Positions 31,001-39,841 of a stretch of DNA of 64,000 nt are shown one piece after another (within the stretch, counting starts at the first letter, position 1; the number at the start of each line of letters is the position of its first letter). The DNA comes from an uncultured Armatimonadetes bacterium (GTDB lineage: Bacteria; Armatimonadota; Hebobacteria; Hebobacterales; Hebobacteraceae). A program made the position numbers and the translations under genes. Below the pieces are notes generated by a model. The model did not search any database, was not told the origin of the DNA, and saw only the letters and a program-made list of their open reading frames with translations. The stretch lies in contig OY970296.1 in NCBI GenBank assembly GCA_963716175.1, positions 2,240,001 to 2,304,000 of the forward strand, in the 5' to 3' direction.

Positions 31001-32073
31001 CGCATGAGGTGGCGCACAACTTCAACGCGCAGACCAACGTGGGACGCATCACCGGCGACAATTGGGCCGACCCCTACTTCCATCATCTGACTGAGTTCAT
31101 GCAGGTGCCGGCGGAGCAGCGGGCATTGCAGTTCCCGGATGCCTTCGGTCTTCGCGGCGCGACACTCGCGATGTTCCGTGCCCGTGCCTATCGGGAGAAG
31201 CAGGAGTTTCGGCGGCGGACAGGGGCCTACCTGGAGTGGCTCTCCCAGGGGGGCCGAGCTGACACCTTCACCGGTGACACTTACGGCCCCTGGGCAACCA
31301 TTGCCTACGAACTGGCCGACCGATTTGGCCCCGAGGTGCTGGAGGACACTATGCGCTCCCTGCGCCCCGATGCTCTTCCCGCGTCTATCTACGATCTTGC
31401 TGACAGCGACCTGAGGAAGAATACACTCCTGTTCGCCATCCTGTCAGCGGTGGCGGGAACCGACCTCAGAGGGTACTTCGGCACCTGGGGCTTCGACAAC
31501 GATGCAGCCTTCTTCGATCAGGTGTTGCCAGTCGCATCGCAGACTATCGCCGATGTCCGCGCGTGGCCGAGCGCCCAGCCATTGGGCCATGGTCTCGTGC
31601 CGCAGAGGTCGCTGCCGATGCCGACCGAGACGTGCTTCGCCTCAGCATGCGAGGTGGGCGAAGGCTCGTTCTGGACCCAGGAAGTGTGGGGAGGATCGGC
31701 CTCGTTCAGTTACTCCCCTGTCGCGCACTCCGGTCTGGGCAGCCTCTCTACCGTCTCAGTCCCAGGGGTGAATGCTGCTTGGGTGCACGCCGAGGGCGTC
31801 CGGCCGCAGTCGTACTACCTGCTGAGCGCATGGGTCAAGACGGACAATCTGGTCCCCCTCGACGGGCTCGGCGCGTGGCTTGATATGCATCCTCTGGGTG
31901 ACTGCCACACCATACCACTGGTGGGAACCAGCGACTGGACGAAGCTGCAGGCAATGGTATATACAGGTGATGTGGCCGACATAGAGGTGAACTGCATCCT
32001 GGGCGGCTGGGGATTGGCAGTGGGGCAGGCCTGGTACGATGACATCGAACTGCGCATGGTCGCGGTGAGATAG
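28051..32073 (+). CDS. Surface protein: NHL/beta-propeller repeats, three SLH domains, Ig-like domain, HEXXH metallopeptidase and CBM-like domain
   Basis: About 14 repeats of 40 aa (DGSCWVADT...VVHL); three VTRDQMAVY SLH motifs; WAHEVAHNF; C-terminal LSAWVKT...WYDDIEL. The called ORF start at 27664 reads through the repeat, so the start was moved to GTG 28051 (uncertain). Confidence 0.85.
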   Translation: MQQRSLAVGFLRFAVTVVMAVTASTLVLAEPIIETWRSSFGECRSVAVDPEDGSVWVAAGASVVHLSREGTILALGRGFGFPSSVSLNASDGSCWVADAGTGEVVHLSADGLELWRGGGFGGPESVSVNAADGSCWIADTALHRVVHLSSTGGVLWEGGDLYYPASVSVSPDDGSCWVADTGHDSVVRLAADGSEVWRGTSFRGPRSVAAGANDGSCWVSDTAHHQVVRLAASGAEACRVGGFDYPESVSARADDGSCWVADTQNHQVVHLSAAGVELFRGGRFEYPQSVAVAEDGGSCWVADSSPDQLVHLAADGTEQWRGGGIGYPCCVSADLVDGSCWVADASGKQVAHFADDGTELGRGGGIQYPHSVSADARDASCWVADTWGHQVVHLAADGAELWRGGVFSYPYGVSVNATDGSCWVADTGHDEVAHLSATGAELWRGGGFSAPRSVSTNAVDGSCWVADTGHDEVAHLSATGVELWRDGGFSAPRSVSANAGDGSCWVADTGHDEVAHLSATGAELWRGGGFGCPYSVAVNATNGSCWIASTDDNLVALVDLDGQEQWRGGYFSRPWAVSASALDSACWVADTGDRQVVRIQVAAKRFADVTVDHWAYCEVEACYSADIVRGYGDGTYGPDGTVTRDQMAVYIARALASGEENVPDPDCSVAPFTDVPCDHWARKHIAYCVDQGVVQGYQEGDYRPGMAVTRDQMAVYMARAMVAPTGEAALTDYVPSNPRNFPDVASSFWSYRHIEYCVENGVVKGYEDGLYHPEWTVTRDQMAVYVARSFHLAMPLRLLSRPFEPVSLLGPYPDQTALAGPAFHGRVPIAARNRGQVEWTLVGAPAGMTADSRTGRPAWENPAEGLYTIVLRATAGAESAEVTWHLRVVANDFPDPRVYSTRHIDFVAPRDYTDWMSRWEVSAYVDTWWEWMQDIVGRDPTTCKQVVRYDPDAGGGAHSCNPVEAGPGWWSTDPIDGWSMGVWAHEVAHNFNAQTNVGRITGDNWADPYFHHLTEFMQVPAEQRALQFPDAFGLRGATLAMFRARAYREKQEFRRRTGAYLEWLSQGGRADTFTGDTYGPWATIAYELADRFGPEVLEDTMRSLRPDALPASIYDLADSDLRKNTLLFAILSAVAGTDLRGYFGTWGFDNDAAFFDQVLPVASQTIADVRAWPSAQPLGHGLVPQRSLPMPTETCFASACEVGEGSFWTQEVWGGSASFSYSPVAHSGLGSLSTVSVPGVNAAWVHAEGVRPQSYYLLSAWVKTDNLVPLDGLGAWLDMHPLGDCHTIPLVGTSDWTKLQAMVYTGDVADIEVNCILGGWGLAVGQAWYDDIELRMVAVR
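29290..29640 (+). repeat. Three near-identical 120-bp tandem units inside the NHL array
   Basis: GACGAGGTGGCGCACCTGAGCGCGACGGGGG recurs every 120 bp or so (about 29338, 29461, 29584). Confidence 0.85.
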
Positions 32074-32476
32074 CCTGTGCGTGTTAGGCTGGCTTGGGAC
32101 ACCGGATTCCAGGCGGATATTGGCCCTGTGGCTCTGAGCGACGAGGGTAGGGGAACCATACAGCCGCGCAAATGGGAGGGGGATCTTAGGGCCGGCATGG
32201 CGCATGAGGGCACGGTGTCAAGGCCGGTGCAAACCCCCCCATTTCGCCGGTTGAAAACTCCCCAACCGCCACAGGCGGCGATCAAGCTCCCCCTGATCGC
32301 AGTACACGCGATGGTGGCCTCCTGCGGCACTGGACTTGATCGCGGCACATAGGCAGCCGGTGCCAATCCGGGTGCCGGCGGGAACTGCCCACGCGTGTCC
32401 ACTGCGAAGGACCGGCACGGAACTTGCGTTATCGGCCCACGAGTGCTCGGGCCCTGCCGCCCACCGCTGTTGACCG

Positions 32477-32733
32477 CCGACGGCCCCGGCCACCCTCGAC
32501 TCCGGCTACCCCCTCGGCTGGGGGTCGATGTCCGGGGTCCGTCGCTTACCGGAGACGCCAGCTGCGCCACGGTGGCGATCACGGGCAGCCCTGCCCAGTC
32601 GGATTCCCTGGCGCTGCCCTTCCGCATCCTCGGCGCCTCCCAGCACAGGGATTCCAGCGAATGCCGAGAACACGACGATCGGGGCTGCAGGAGCATTCTG
32701 GGAGCCGGATGAGTTTCTGGACAGCGCGGCAGC
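32477..32733 (+). repeat. Dispersed repeat, copy 8 (long form)
   Basis: Hairpin core plus GCGCCACGGTGGCGATCACGGGCAG and GCCGGATGAGTTTCTGGACAGCGCGG. Confidence 0.9.
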
Positions 32734-32800
32734 CGACGTAGCATGGGAACCGCGCCGAGGACTCAGTCGCTTGGTCTGCGAGAAGAGGAGGTGACCAGTG

Positions 32801-35767
32801 ATGCGGGTGCTGGGTGTGCCATGCAGTGCGTCGCGGTTTTCTGGGGCCGCGCTCTGCCTGTTGCTGGCTCTGGCGGCACGTGGCGGGCTCGCGGCGAAGG
32901 CGGCCGGGAGCAGTCGAGGCGGGGGCAGCGCGGCGCGGGCGGTGGTCACGTATGTCGCGGGCGAGGTAGTTGCCGCCACCGGAAAGGCTGCCCGCCACAA
33001 GGTGGTGTTGGGCGAACAGCTCTCGATGGGGACGCGTCTGACACTGGCGAAGTCCTCGCGGCTGACAGCGCTGTGGAAGGATCGTCAGGTGACGACTGCT
33101 CTCAGGGGACCGAAGAGGGGGGTCGTGCTGACACCCCCGCCCCGCCCGAAGCGGACCGCGGACTCCGGCCCGTCCTCCCCGTCAGTGGTGAGGAGCGTTT
33201 GGAGCGCGGTGTGGACCCGCTTCGGCCGGGTGGGGCGGGGGCGGAACGGCCGGGCCGGGACGATGGAGGAACCCCTGGCTGTCCGCGGTTCTGGCGATAC
33301 CTGGCAGATGCGCCCGGCAGATGAGTACATACGATCGGGCAGCGTTGACCTGAGCTGGCATGACTCATCTGGGAGCACCGGTCAGCACCTGGTAATCATC
33401 TGGGATGCGAGCTTCGGGGAGCTCTGGAAGGCGACAGTCCGGGAGCACTCGGTCGCCGTGCCCACCTCGATCGGCTTTGCGCCTGGGCAGCGGTACCGGT
33501 GGGTAGTGTCCTCGGCGGCGAGCTCGGAAGCCTCCCCCATGCGGTGGTTCGAGATCCTGACGCCTCAGCGGGAGGCCTCTCTCCAGGACGAACTGCGTTG
33601 CGTCCAGGACCTGTTCCGGAAGGCAGACCCGCCATCTCAGATGCATGCCGCCATGGGGTGCATCTACGAGAGCTATGGGCTCGACTCGCAGGCGCGGGCC
33701 GAGTATCAGACGGCGGCGAAGACCAGCAAGGGATACCAGGCACTGGCTGACGCATTGGATCAGCAGAGGGCCCACAGCTCTGCCGTTGGTTCCCGTCCGC
33801 AGGTCCCCCGCGGGGCGAGTGATCCGAAGGCCACCAGTGACCACGTGAACTCGTCCCCCGGCCGACGACGAGTGCTGTTGACCAATCTCGGGCACGGCCT
33901 GATCGCCGGCTTGCTCATCGCTCTGCTGCATCTTTCAGGGCTGACCCTGACGCTGGACAAGCGCAACTACGATCTCTTGTTCCAGTTCTCACCAACCTCT
34001 GACAGGCCGGCCCAGCACGTCGTGATCGTGGGGGTTGATGACGCATCTCTGGGTGACCTGGGCCGCTGGCCCTGGCCCAGCAGTCGGCTGGCAATGGTGC
34101 TGCGCAAAGTGGAGCAAGCGCGGCCTGCGGCCGTTGGCCTCGACGTGTTGCTGGATCGGACTCGAGATGCGACGGACCCGGAACTGGGACGGGCGCTCCT
34201 GGAGCTGACCAACGTGGTCGCTGCCGCCAATCTCCGCTGGACGTCTGGCCTGCTGGCCGACATTGACCGGCCGGTGCCGGCCTTTCGCATCGGCACCGAG
34301 CGGATGGGGTTCTCGAACGCGGTCGAGGACCGAACCGACGGGTACATTCGCTCCTGGCGGCTGGCAGTGCAGGGCGACGGCTCGAAGCCCCTGCTGTCGC
34401 TGCCGGTCATGCTGGCTCTAGCGGCCTCGGGCAGGCCTGCCGACGACGTCCGCGTCGGCGGCGGTTCAGTGTGGCTTCCGCAGGTAGTGACGGCGTGGCG
34501 GAAGTGGCCTATGGTCACCATGATCGACTTCCGCCGTCCGGGTCAGATCCCCATACTCTCTGCGGCAGACGTACTCGAAGGCCGTGTGCCACCGGAGGCA
34601 CTGTCGGGCAAAGTGGTACTGGTGGGCGGCACGGCCACAGGGGTCTTCACCGACCTCTTTCGTACGCCGTTCTCGGACGACCTGGCAACCGGACGCTCGG
34701 CGCCGGCTCATGGTGTCGAGGTGATCGCGAACGCGGTTGAGACCCTCCTTTCTGATGTGCGCGTGCGAGAGCTGTCGCCGCTGGCGGCAGCTTCCATTCT
34801 GGCCGCCTTGGTCGTGATCGCGTGTGCCACGCTCCGACCTTTGCATCCCCTGTGGGGCGTGGGCGTTGTAGGGGTTATGGTGGTCGGTGTGGCGGTGGCA
34901 TCACTGGCGCTGTTCTCCTCCCATCGCCTCCAGGTCCCGGTCACTCCATTTGCGCTGGGGGTCACCGCAGCCTACCTGGTGGTGGCCCTGGAGAAGCGTG
35001 CGGCAGCAGATGCGCGCAGGCGCCTCGCCGAGCATAGGAACGTCCTCCTGCGCGACCTCTCAGCCATGGTGACACACGACCTGAAAGGGCCGTTGACAGC
35101 CATCATCGGGTTCCTCGAATTGCTGTCACGAGAGCAGCTCAGCGACAGCCAGCGGGAATTCGTGCAGATCGCCATGGGCAGCAGCAAGTGGCTCTCTGTG
35201 CTGATCGCAGGCATCCTCGACGTGGCGAAGATCGAGGCTGGGCAGATCAGTCTGAACCGCGAGTTCCTCGACATCGGGCGTGAACTGGAGCAGGCGCTGG
35301 CGGCCGTGAGCTATCAGCTCCAGGAGAAGGATCTGCGGATGGAGGTGACCGTCGAAGCTGACCTCCCCTGTGTGCCGGCCGACGCGGAGCTCTTCCGGCG
35401 AATCGTGGTGAACCTGGTGGGTAATGCTGCCAAGTTCGGCCCCGCGGGAAGCACGATCCAGCTTGGGGCCAGCCTTGATCGCAAGCGTGAGGCGCTCGTC
35501 GTAAGCGTGCAGGACCAGGGGCCAGGGATCGCGCGGGAGTATCAGGACCGGATCTTCGACAAGTTCGTGCAGGTGGCCAAAGCCAAGAGTGCAGAGACGA
35601 TCTCCGTCGGCCTCGGGCTGGCCTTCTGCCGTCTGGCTGTGGAGGCACATGGAGGTGGCATCTGGGTGGAGAGTGAACCTGGGCACGGCGCCCGGTTCTC
35701 GTTCTCATTGCCGCTGACTCTCCCTGACTCGCACAGGGCCCCGAAGCGCCGCTGGCGTCGGCTGTGA
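32801..35767 (+). CDS. Sensor histidine kinase: FecR/DUF928-like N-terminus, CHASE2, TM helices, HisKA and HATPase
   Basis: VVIVGVDDASLGDLGRWPWP, GLDVLL, GKVVLVG, HGVEVIANAVETLL (CHASE2); THDLKGPL, NLVGNAAKF, DQGPGI, GLGLAFC. Confidence 0.88.
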   Translation: MRVLGVPCSASRFSGAALCLLLALAARGGLAAKAAGSSRGGGSAARAVVTYVAGEVVAATGKAARHKVVLGEQLSMGTRLTLAKSSRLTALWKDRQVTTALRGPKRGVVLTPPPRPKRTADSGPSSPSVVRSVWSAVWTRFGRVGRGRNGRAGTMEEPLAVRGSGDTWQMRPADEYIRSGSVDLSWHDSSGSTGQHLVIIWDASFGELWKATVREHSVAVPTSIGFAPGQRYRWVVSSAASSEASPMRWFEILTPQREASLQDELRCVQDLFRKADPPSQMHAAMGCIYESYGLDSQARAEYQTAAKTSKGYQALADALDQQRAHSSAVGSRPQVPRGASDPKATSDHVNSSPGRRRVLLTNLGHGLIAGLLIALLHLSGLTLTLDKRNYDLLFQFSPTSDRPAQHVVIVGVDDASLGDLGRWPWPSSRLAMVLRKVEQARPAAVGLDVLLDRTRDATDPELGRALLELTNVVAAANLRWTSGLLADIDRPVPAFRIGTERMGFSNAVEDRTDGYIRSWRLAVQGDGSKPLLSLPVMLALAASGRPADDVRVGGGSVWLPQVVTAWRKWPMVTMIDFRRPGQIPILSAADVLEGRVPPEALSGKVVLVGGTATGVFTDLFRTPFSDDLATGRSAPAHGVEVIANAVETLLSDVRVRELSPLAAASILAALVVIACATLRPLHPLWGVGVVGVMVVGVAVASLALFSSHRLQVPVTPFALGVTAAYLVVALEKRAAADARRRLAEHRNVLLRDLSAMVTHDLKGPLTAIIGFLELLSREQLSDSQREFVQIAMGSSKWLSVLIAGILDVAKIEAGQISLNREFLDIGRELEQALAAVSYQLQEKDLRMEVTVEADLPCVPADAELFRRIVVNLVGNAAKFGPAGSTIQLGASLDRKREALVVSVQDQGPGIAREYQDRIFDKFVQVAKAKSAETISVGLGLAFCRLAVEAHGGGIWVESEPGHGARFSFSLPLTLPDSHRAPKRRWRRL

Positions 35768-35900
35768 GAAGGTCACAGGAAAGAAGAGCATAGAGAAAGG
35801 CGTACTCGTAGCGGACCAAGGGCCCCTGTGCATCCGTGAGCACGCGCACAACGAGGTCGAAGCGCCTTCTTGGCGAAGCCGTGCTGCTGAGGGAACGAAC

Positions 35901-38900
35901 ATGGCGGGCGAGAGCAGGCCTTGGGGTCAGGCTTTTCGCAGGTCCTTCGCCCTGGCGTGCTGCGCGGCCGGTTTCTCCCTGCTGTTTCTTGGCGCACTCC
36001 CGATCTGTGCTGACACCGACAAGGCAAGCGCAGACGCGGCGTTGGCCAAGGGGTGGGCTCTTTACGAGCAGCAAGACTTCCTAGGCGCCCGTGGTCCGTT
36101 CGAGCAAGCCTTAGCGGCCTACCGCAAGCTGGGGCTGCAGAAGGAGGAGGGCCAGGCGCTCACCGGTTTAGGCGTGGTGGCGCGCACAGTGGCCCAGTAT
36201 GACAAGGCCCTGGGCTACTTCGACCAGGCGCTGACGACTTACCGCAAGCTGGGGCTGGAGCAGGAGGAGGCGTACACACTTCTCAACCTGGGCTACGTGG
36301 CCCGCCACCTCGCCCAGTATGACAAGGCCCTGGGCTACTATGAGAAGGCGCTGGCGACTTTTCGCAAGCTGGGCCTGGAAAAGGAAGCTGCCAGCACGCT
36401 GAAGATGTTGGGCTGGGTGGCCGCCGATCTCGCCCAGTACGATAAGGCTCTGGGCTACTTCGACCAAGCGCTGACGACTTACCGCAAGCTGGGGCTGGAG
36501 AAGGAAGCTGCCGGCACGCTGAACAACATGGGCTGGGTGGCCGCCGATCTCGCCCAGTACGACAAGGCTCTGGGCTACTTCGACCAAGCGCTGACGACTT
36601 ACCGCAAGCTGGGGCTGGAGAAGGAAGCTGCCGGCACGCTGAACAACTTGGGCTGGGCGGCGCGCGAACTGGCCCAGTATGACAAGGCCCTGGGCTACTG
36701 CGACCAAGCGCTGACGGTCTGCCGCAAGCCGGGGCTGGAGAAGGAAGCTGCCGGCACGCTGAACAACCTGGGCAGAGTGGCCCTCGAGCTAGCCCAATAC
36801 GACAAGGCCCTGGGCTACTTCGACCAAGCGCTGACGACTTACCGCAAGCTGGGGCTGGAGAAGGAGGAAGCGGAGACACTTCACTGCCTGAGCGCGGAGG
36901 CGCGCGAACTGGCCCAGTATGACAAGGCCCTGGGCTACTGCGACCAAGCGCTGACGATCTGGCGCAAGCTAGGGCTGGAGAAGCACGAGGCGTACACATT
37001 TGACGAGCTGGGCCTGGTCGCCGCCGACCTCGCCCAGTACGAGAAGGCCCTGGGCTACTACGAGCAGTCGCTGGCGATCTGGCGCAAGCTGCGGCTGGAG
37101 AAGGAGGCTGCCACCACGCTGAGCACCCTGGGCCTCGTAGCCGCCAATCTCGCCCAGTACAATAAGGCCCTGGGCTATTACGAGCAAGCGCTGGCGATCT
37201 ACCGCAAGCAGGGGGTCCCCCGCTATACCCGGTGGGCTCAGGCCAACATCGCCGACGTGCACCTGAGCCAGGGCAGGCTTGGGGAGGCGCGGGGCCTCCT
37301 GGAGCAAGCAGGGGACCCGCTGCGCTGGGGCCGCTACTACCTGCGCGCGGGGGACCCGGGAAAGGCAGCCAACGCATTCGAGCAAGGGGTTGATGTCGCG
37401 GAGCAGGCCCCCCCTGTCCGCGTCGCCTACCAGATCGGTCTTGGTCTGGCCCAGGAAGCGCTGGGGGAGTGGGAGAAGGCGGCGACGGCTTACGCCAAAG
37501 CCGTGGATCTGATCGAGAAGGCGCGAGCGAACACTCCGGCCGGGCAGCGAGGGAGCTTCTTCGAGGGGAAGGACTACGGGTTCCGTCGCCTGGAGCCCTA
37601 TGAAGGTCTTGCTCGCGTACTGCATCGGCTGGGACGAGACGACGAAGCCTTCTACTGGAGCGAGCACACCAAGGCGAGGGCCTTGGTGGAGGCGGTGGCG
37701 AGGGCGCCTTTTGGCGCGCCCCTGGGTTTGCCGGAGGGACTGCGCAGACAGGAAGACCAGCTCACCGACCAGGCCGCAGTGTTGAGCAAGCGGCTGGAGG
37801 AGAAGCCCGGGCAGCGGCAGGCGATTGAGGAGCAACTGAAGCCGGTGCGAGCGGAGCTGGAGGCTTTGCTTGCTCGCCTCCGCCTGGAGTACCCAGAGTA
37901 TGCTTCCCTGCGGTATCCTCAGCCGCTGCATGCGGGCGAGCTGGCCTTGGGGCCTGAGGAGGTGCTGCTGGCCTACCAGGTGACGGAGCCGGAGAGCTTC
38001 GCCTTTCTGGTGCGCCAGGGCAAGGTCGAGAAGGCCTTCGAGATCAAGCTGAGCCGTCAAGAACTTGAGAGCCTGATCCTGAGCTACCGGGCAGGCTTCG
38101 CGTCGGTGCGGCAGCAGGCCGATCTTCGGGCCCTTGATCTGCAGGCTGGTGCGCGGCTCTACCAGTTGTTGCTCGCGCCCGTGCTGGCGGAGGTGAAGCA
38201 GGGCGAGCAGGTGGTGGTGGTGCCGGATGGGGTGATTGGGCTGCTACCGCTGGAGGTGCTGATAGAGCACGCAGACAGGGTGCAGTGGCAGGAGGGGGAG
38301 CACGGGCCCTCCCCGGTGGGAGTGCACTTCGTCGGAGAGAGCAGGGTCTTCAGCTACTGGCAATCGGCGACGGCGATGACCACGGTACGGAGGCTGAGGA
38401 AGGAGGTGGGAGGAGATCGGGCGCTGGTGGTGGCGGACCCAGTGTTCGAGGCGAGCGACGCGCGGATGCCGGCCACGCAGGTGGCGAAAGTGGAACCAGC
38501 CGGCGCGGACTTGGGCCTGCGGGGGGAGATTGCGGAGAGCCTGCGGACGGCCTACGGAGCGGAGATCTTCCAGCGCATCGGGGGAGCCGAGCAACTCGTG
38601 GCAGGGCTGCGTCGCCTGTATGGCGAGAGGCTGACCGCGCTGGTGGGGCTAGATGCGCGCAAGGGGAGGCTCAAGCAGGAGCCCTTGGAGCGCTACGGCC
38701 AGATGATCTTCGCCACCCATGGCCTGCTGGGCGGGAACGTGCCCTGGCTGCGGCAGCCGGCCCTGGTGCTGAGCCAGGTGGGCAATGAGCCAGGGGAGGA
38801 CGGCTATCTCACCATGGCGGAGGTAATGGACCTGAAGCTGCGGGCCGAGGTGGTGGCCCTGATGGCCTGCGACACCGGCGCGGGGAGGAACGTGGGGGGC

Positions 38901-39185
38901 GAAGGCGTGATGGCGATGGGGCGGGCCTTCCAGTATGCCGGAGCGCGCAGCGTACTGGCGAGTCTCTGGAAGGCGGAGGATACAAGCACGAACTTGCTGA
39001 CGGAGGCGTTCCTCAAGGAGATGATGGCCGGGAAGGACAAGAGTGCCGCCCTGCAGGCGGCGCGCCAGCGCGTCCGCGAGGCCGGCTACGTTCATCCCTT
39101 CTACTGGGCGAACTTCGTCCTGATCGGGGAGCAGAGCGTGGCGAGCAGTCCGAGCGCACCGAAGGCGAGCGGAGCGGGAGGTTAG
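35901..39185 (+). CDS. Secreted TPR-repeat + CHAT (caspase-like) protease
   Basis: About nine 40-aa TPR units; FATHG and MACDTG catalytic motifs; ASLWKAED, HPFYWANF. Confidence 0.93.
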   Translation: MAGESRPWGQAFRRSFALACCAAGFSLLFLGALPICADTDKASADAALAKGWALYEQQDFLGARGPFEQALAAYRKLGLQKEEGQALTGLGVVARTVAQYDKALGYFDQALTTYRKLGLEQEEAYTLLNLGYVARHLAQYDKALGYYEKALATFRKLGLEKEAASTLKMLGWVAADLAQYDKALGYFDQALTTYRKLGLEKEAAGTLNNMGWVAADLAQYDKALGYFDQALTTYRKLGLEKEAAGTLNNLGWAARELAQYDKALGYCDQALTVCRKPGLEKEAAGTLNNLGRVALELAQYDKALGYFDQALTTYRKLGLEKEEAETLHCLSAEARELAQYDKALGYCDQALTIWRKLGLEKHEAYTFDELGLVAADLAQYEKALGYYEQSLAIWRKLRLEKEAATTLSTLGLVAANLAQYNKALGYYEQALAIYRKQGVPRYTRWAQANIADVHLSQGRLGEARGLLEQAGDPLRWGRYYLRAGDPGKAANAFEQGVDVAEQAPPVRVAYQIGLGLAQEALGEWEKAATAYAKAVDLIEKARANTPAGQRGSFFEGKDYGFRRLEPYEGLARVLHRLGRDDEAFYWSEHTKARALVEAVARAPFGAPLGLPEGLRRQEDQLTDQAAVLSKRLEEKPGQRQAIEEQLKPVRAELEALLARLRLEYPEYASLRYPQPLHAGELALGPEEVLLAYQVTEPESFAFLVRQGKVEKAFEIKLSRQELESLILSYRAGFASVRQQADLRALDLQAGARLYQLLLAPVLAEVKQGEQVVVVPDGVIGLLPLEVLIEHADRVQWQEGEHGPSPVGVHFVGESRVFSYWQSATAMTTVRRLRKEVGGDRALVVADPVFEASDARMPATQVAKVEPAGADLGLRGEIAESLRTAYGAEIFQRIGGAEQLVAGLRRLYGERLTALVGLDARKGRLKQEPLERYGQMIFATHGLLGGNVPWLRQPALVLSQVGNEPGEDGYLTMAEVMDLKLRAEVVALMACDTGAGRNVGGEGVMAMGRAFQYAGARSVLASLWKAEDTSTNLLTEAFLKEMMAGKDKSAALQAARQRVREAGYVHPFYWANFVLIGEQSVASSPSAPKASGAGG
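36121..37210 (+). repeat. 120-bp tandem TPR-coding units (about nine)
   Basis: CGCAAGCTGGGGCTGGAGAAGGA...GCCCAGTA(T/C)GACAAGGCCCTGGGCTAC recurs with an exact 120-bp period. Confidence 0.9.
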
Positions 39186-39233
39186 CTCAGCGGCGTGCGC
39201 CGGGCGAAGCACGCAGTTGAGGCCCTGTACTCC

Positions 39234-39605
39234 GATTTGAACCTGCGACCTCGCGATCGGGCCGGTTCGGTCGGATGGGGCGGACGGAGAAGAACGACGT
39301 AGGGGCGTCAAAGGGGGCAAGAGAGGGCAGATAGGTCTTGAGGGCAGGAACTGTCTTCGCATGGTCGCAGGTTCAAATCGAGGTCGCAATCAGTGGATTG
39401 CTTGCTCACCTTGACCCCGATATGAACCTGCGACCTAACGGCGTTCCTCTGGGATCTCCACCCTCGCCAGCCGCAACCCCGCCTCCTCCCACATGGCGTC
39501 TAGAGCCCTGCCAAGCCTCTCAAAGGGCAATTCCCAGATCCATCGCCTAGTGCGCATCTTCTCTAAGGCTGCCAATCCTGCCCCCGATTCGAACCTGCGA
39601 CCTGA
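39234..39605. repeat. Four copies of a GATTTGAACCTGCGACCT motif (three direct, one inverted)
   Basis: Copies near 39234, 39363 (inverted, perfect 17-bp IR with the first), 39419 and 39586. Confidence 0.7.
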
Positions 39606-39678
39606 CCTGCGAGACACTCTCAGCAACGTCCACTTGCGCGCAAGAGGCGACGGCGTCTCTGGCGTCGCCTCCATATCC

Positions 39679-39747
39679 TGGTGCCGGGTCCCAGAGTCGA
39701 ACTGGGGACGCCGGGATTTTCAGTCCCGCGCTCTACCACCTGAGCTA
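39679..39747 (-). repeat. Displaced tRNA-Phe fragment (nt 8-76), att direct repeat
   Basis: 66/69 nt identical to 45183-45251; lacks the 5' acceptor strand; the downstream hairpin is also duplicated (39646 vs 45149). Confidence 0.9.
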
Positions 39748-39841
39748 TCGCTCCACTCGCGCTCAGGCCGCAGTCATCCCCCAGGAACACAGGTGTCCCG
39801 CTATCGAGCAGGGCCATCGGCCACCTCGGCGAAGCTCCTGG

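Noticed and set aside
39180-39191. GGTTAGCTCAG as a tRNA 5' end
   Set aside because: It overlaps the CHAT gene stop codon and no cloverleaf follows.
39679-39754. Second functional tRNA-Phe
   Set aside because: The first 7 nt (GGAGCGA) cannot pair with the 3' acceptor strand, so it was treated as an att fragment.
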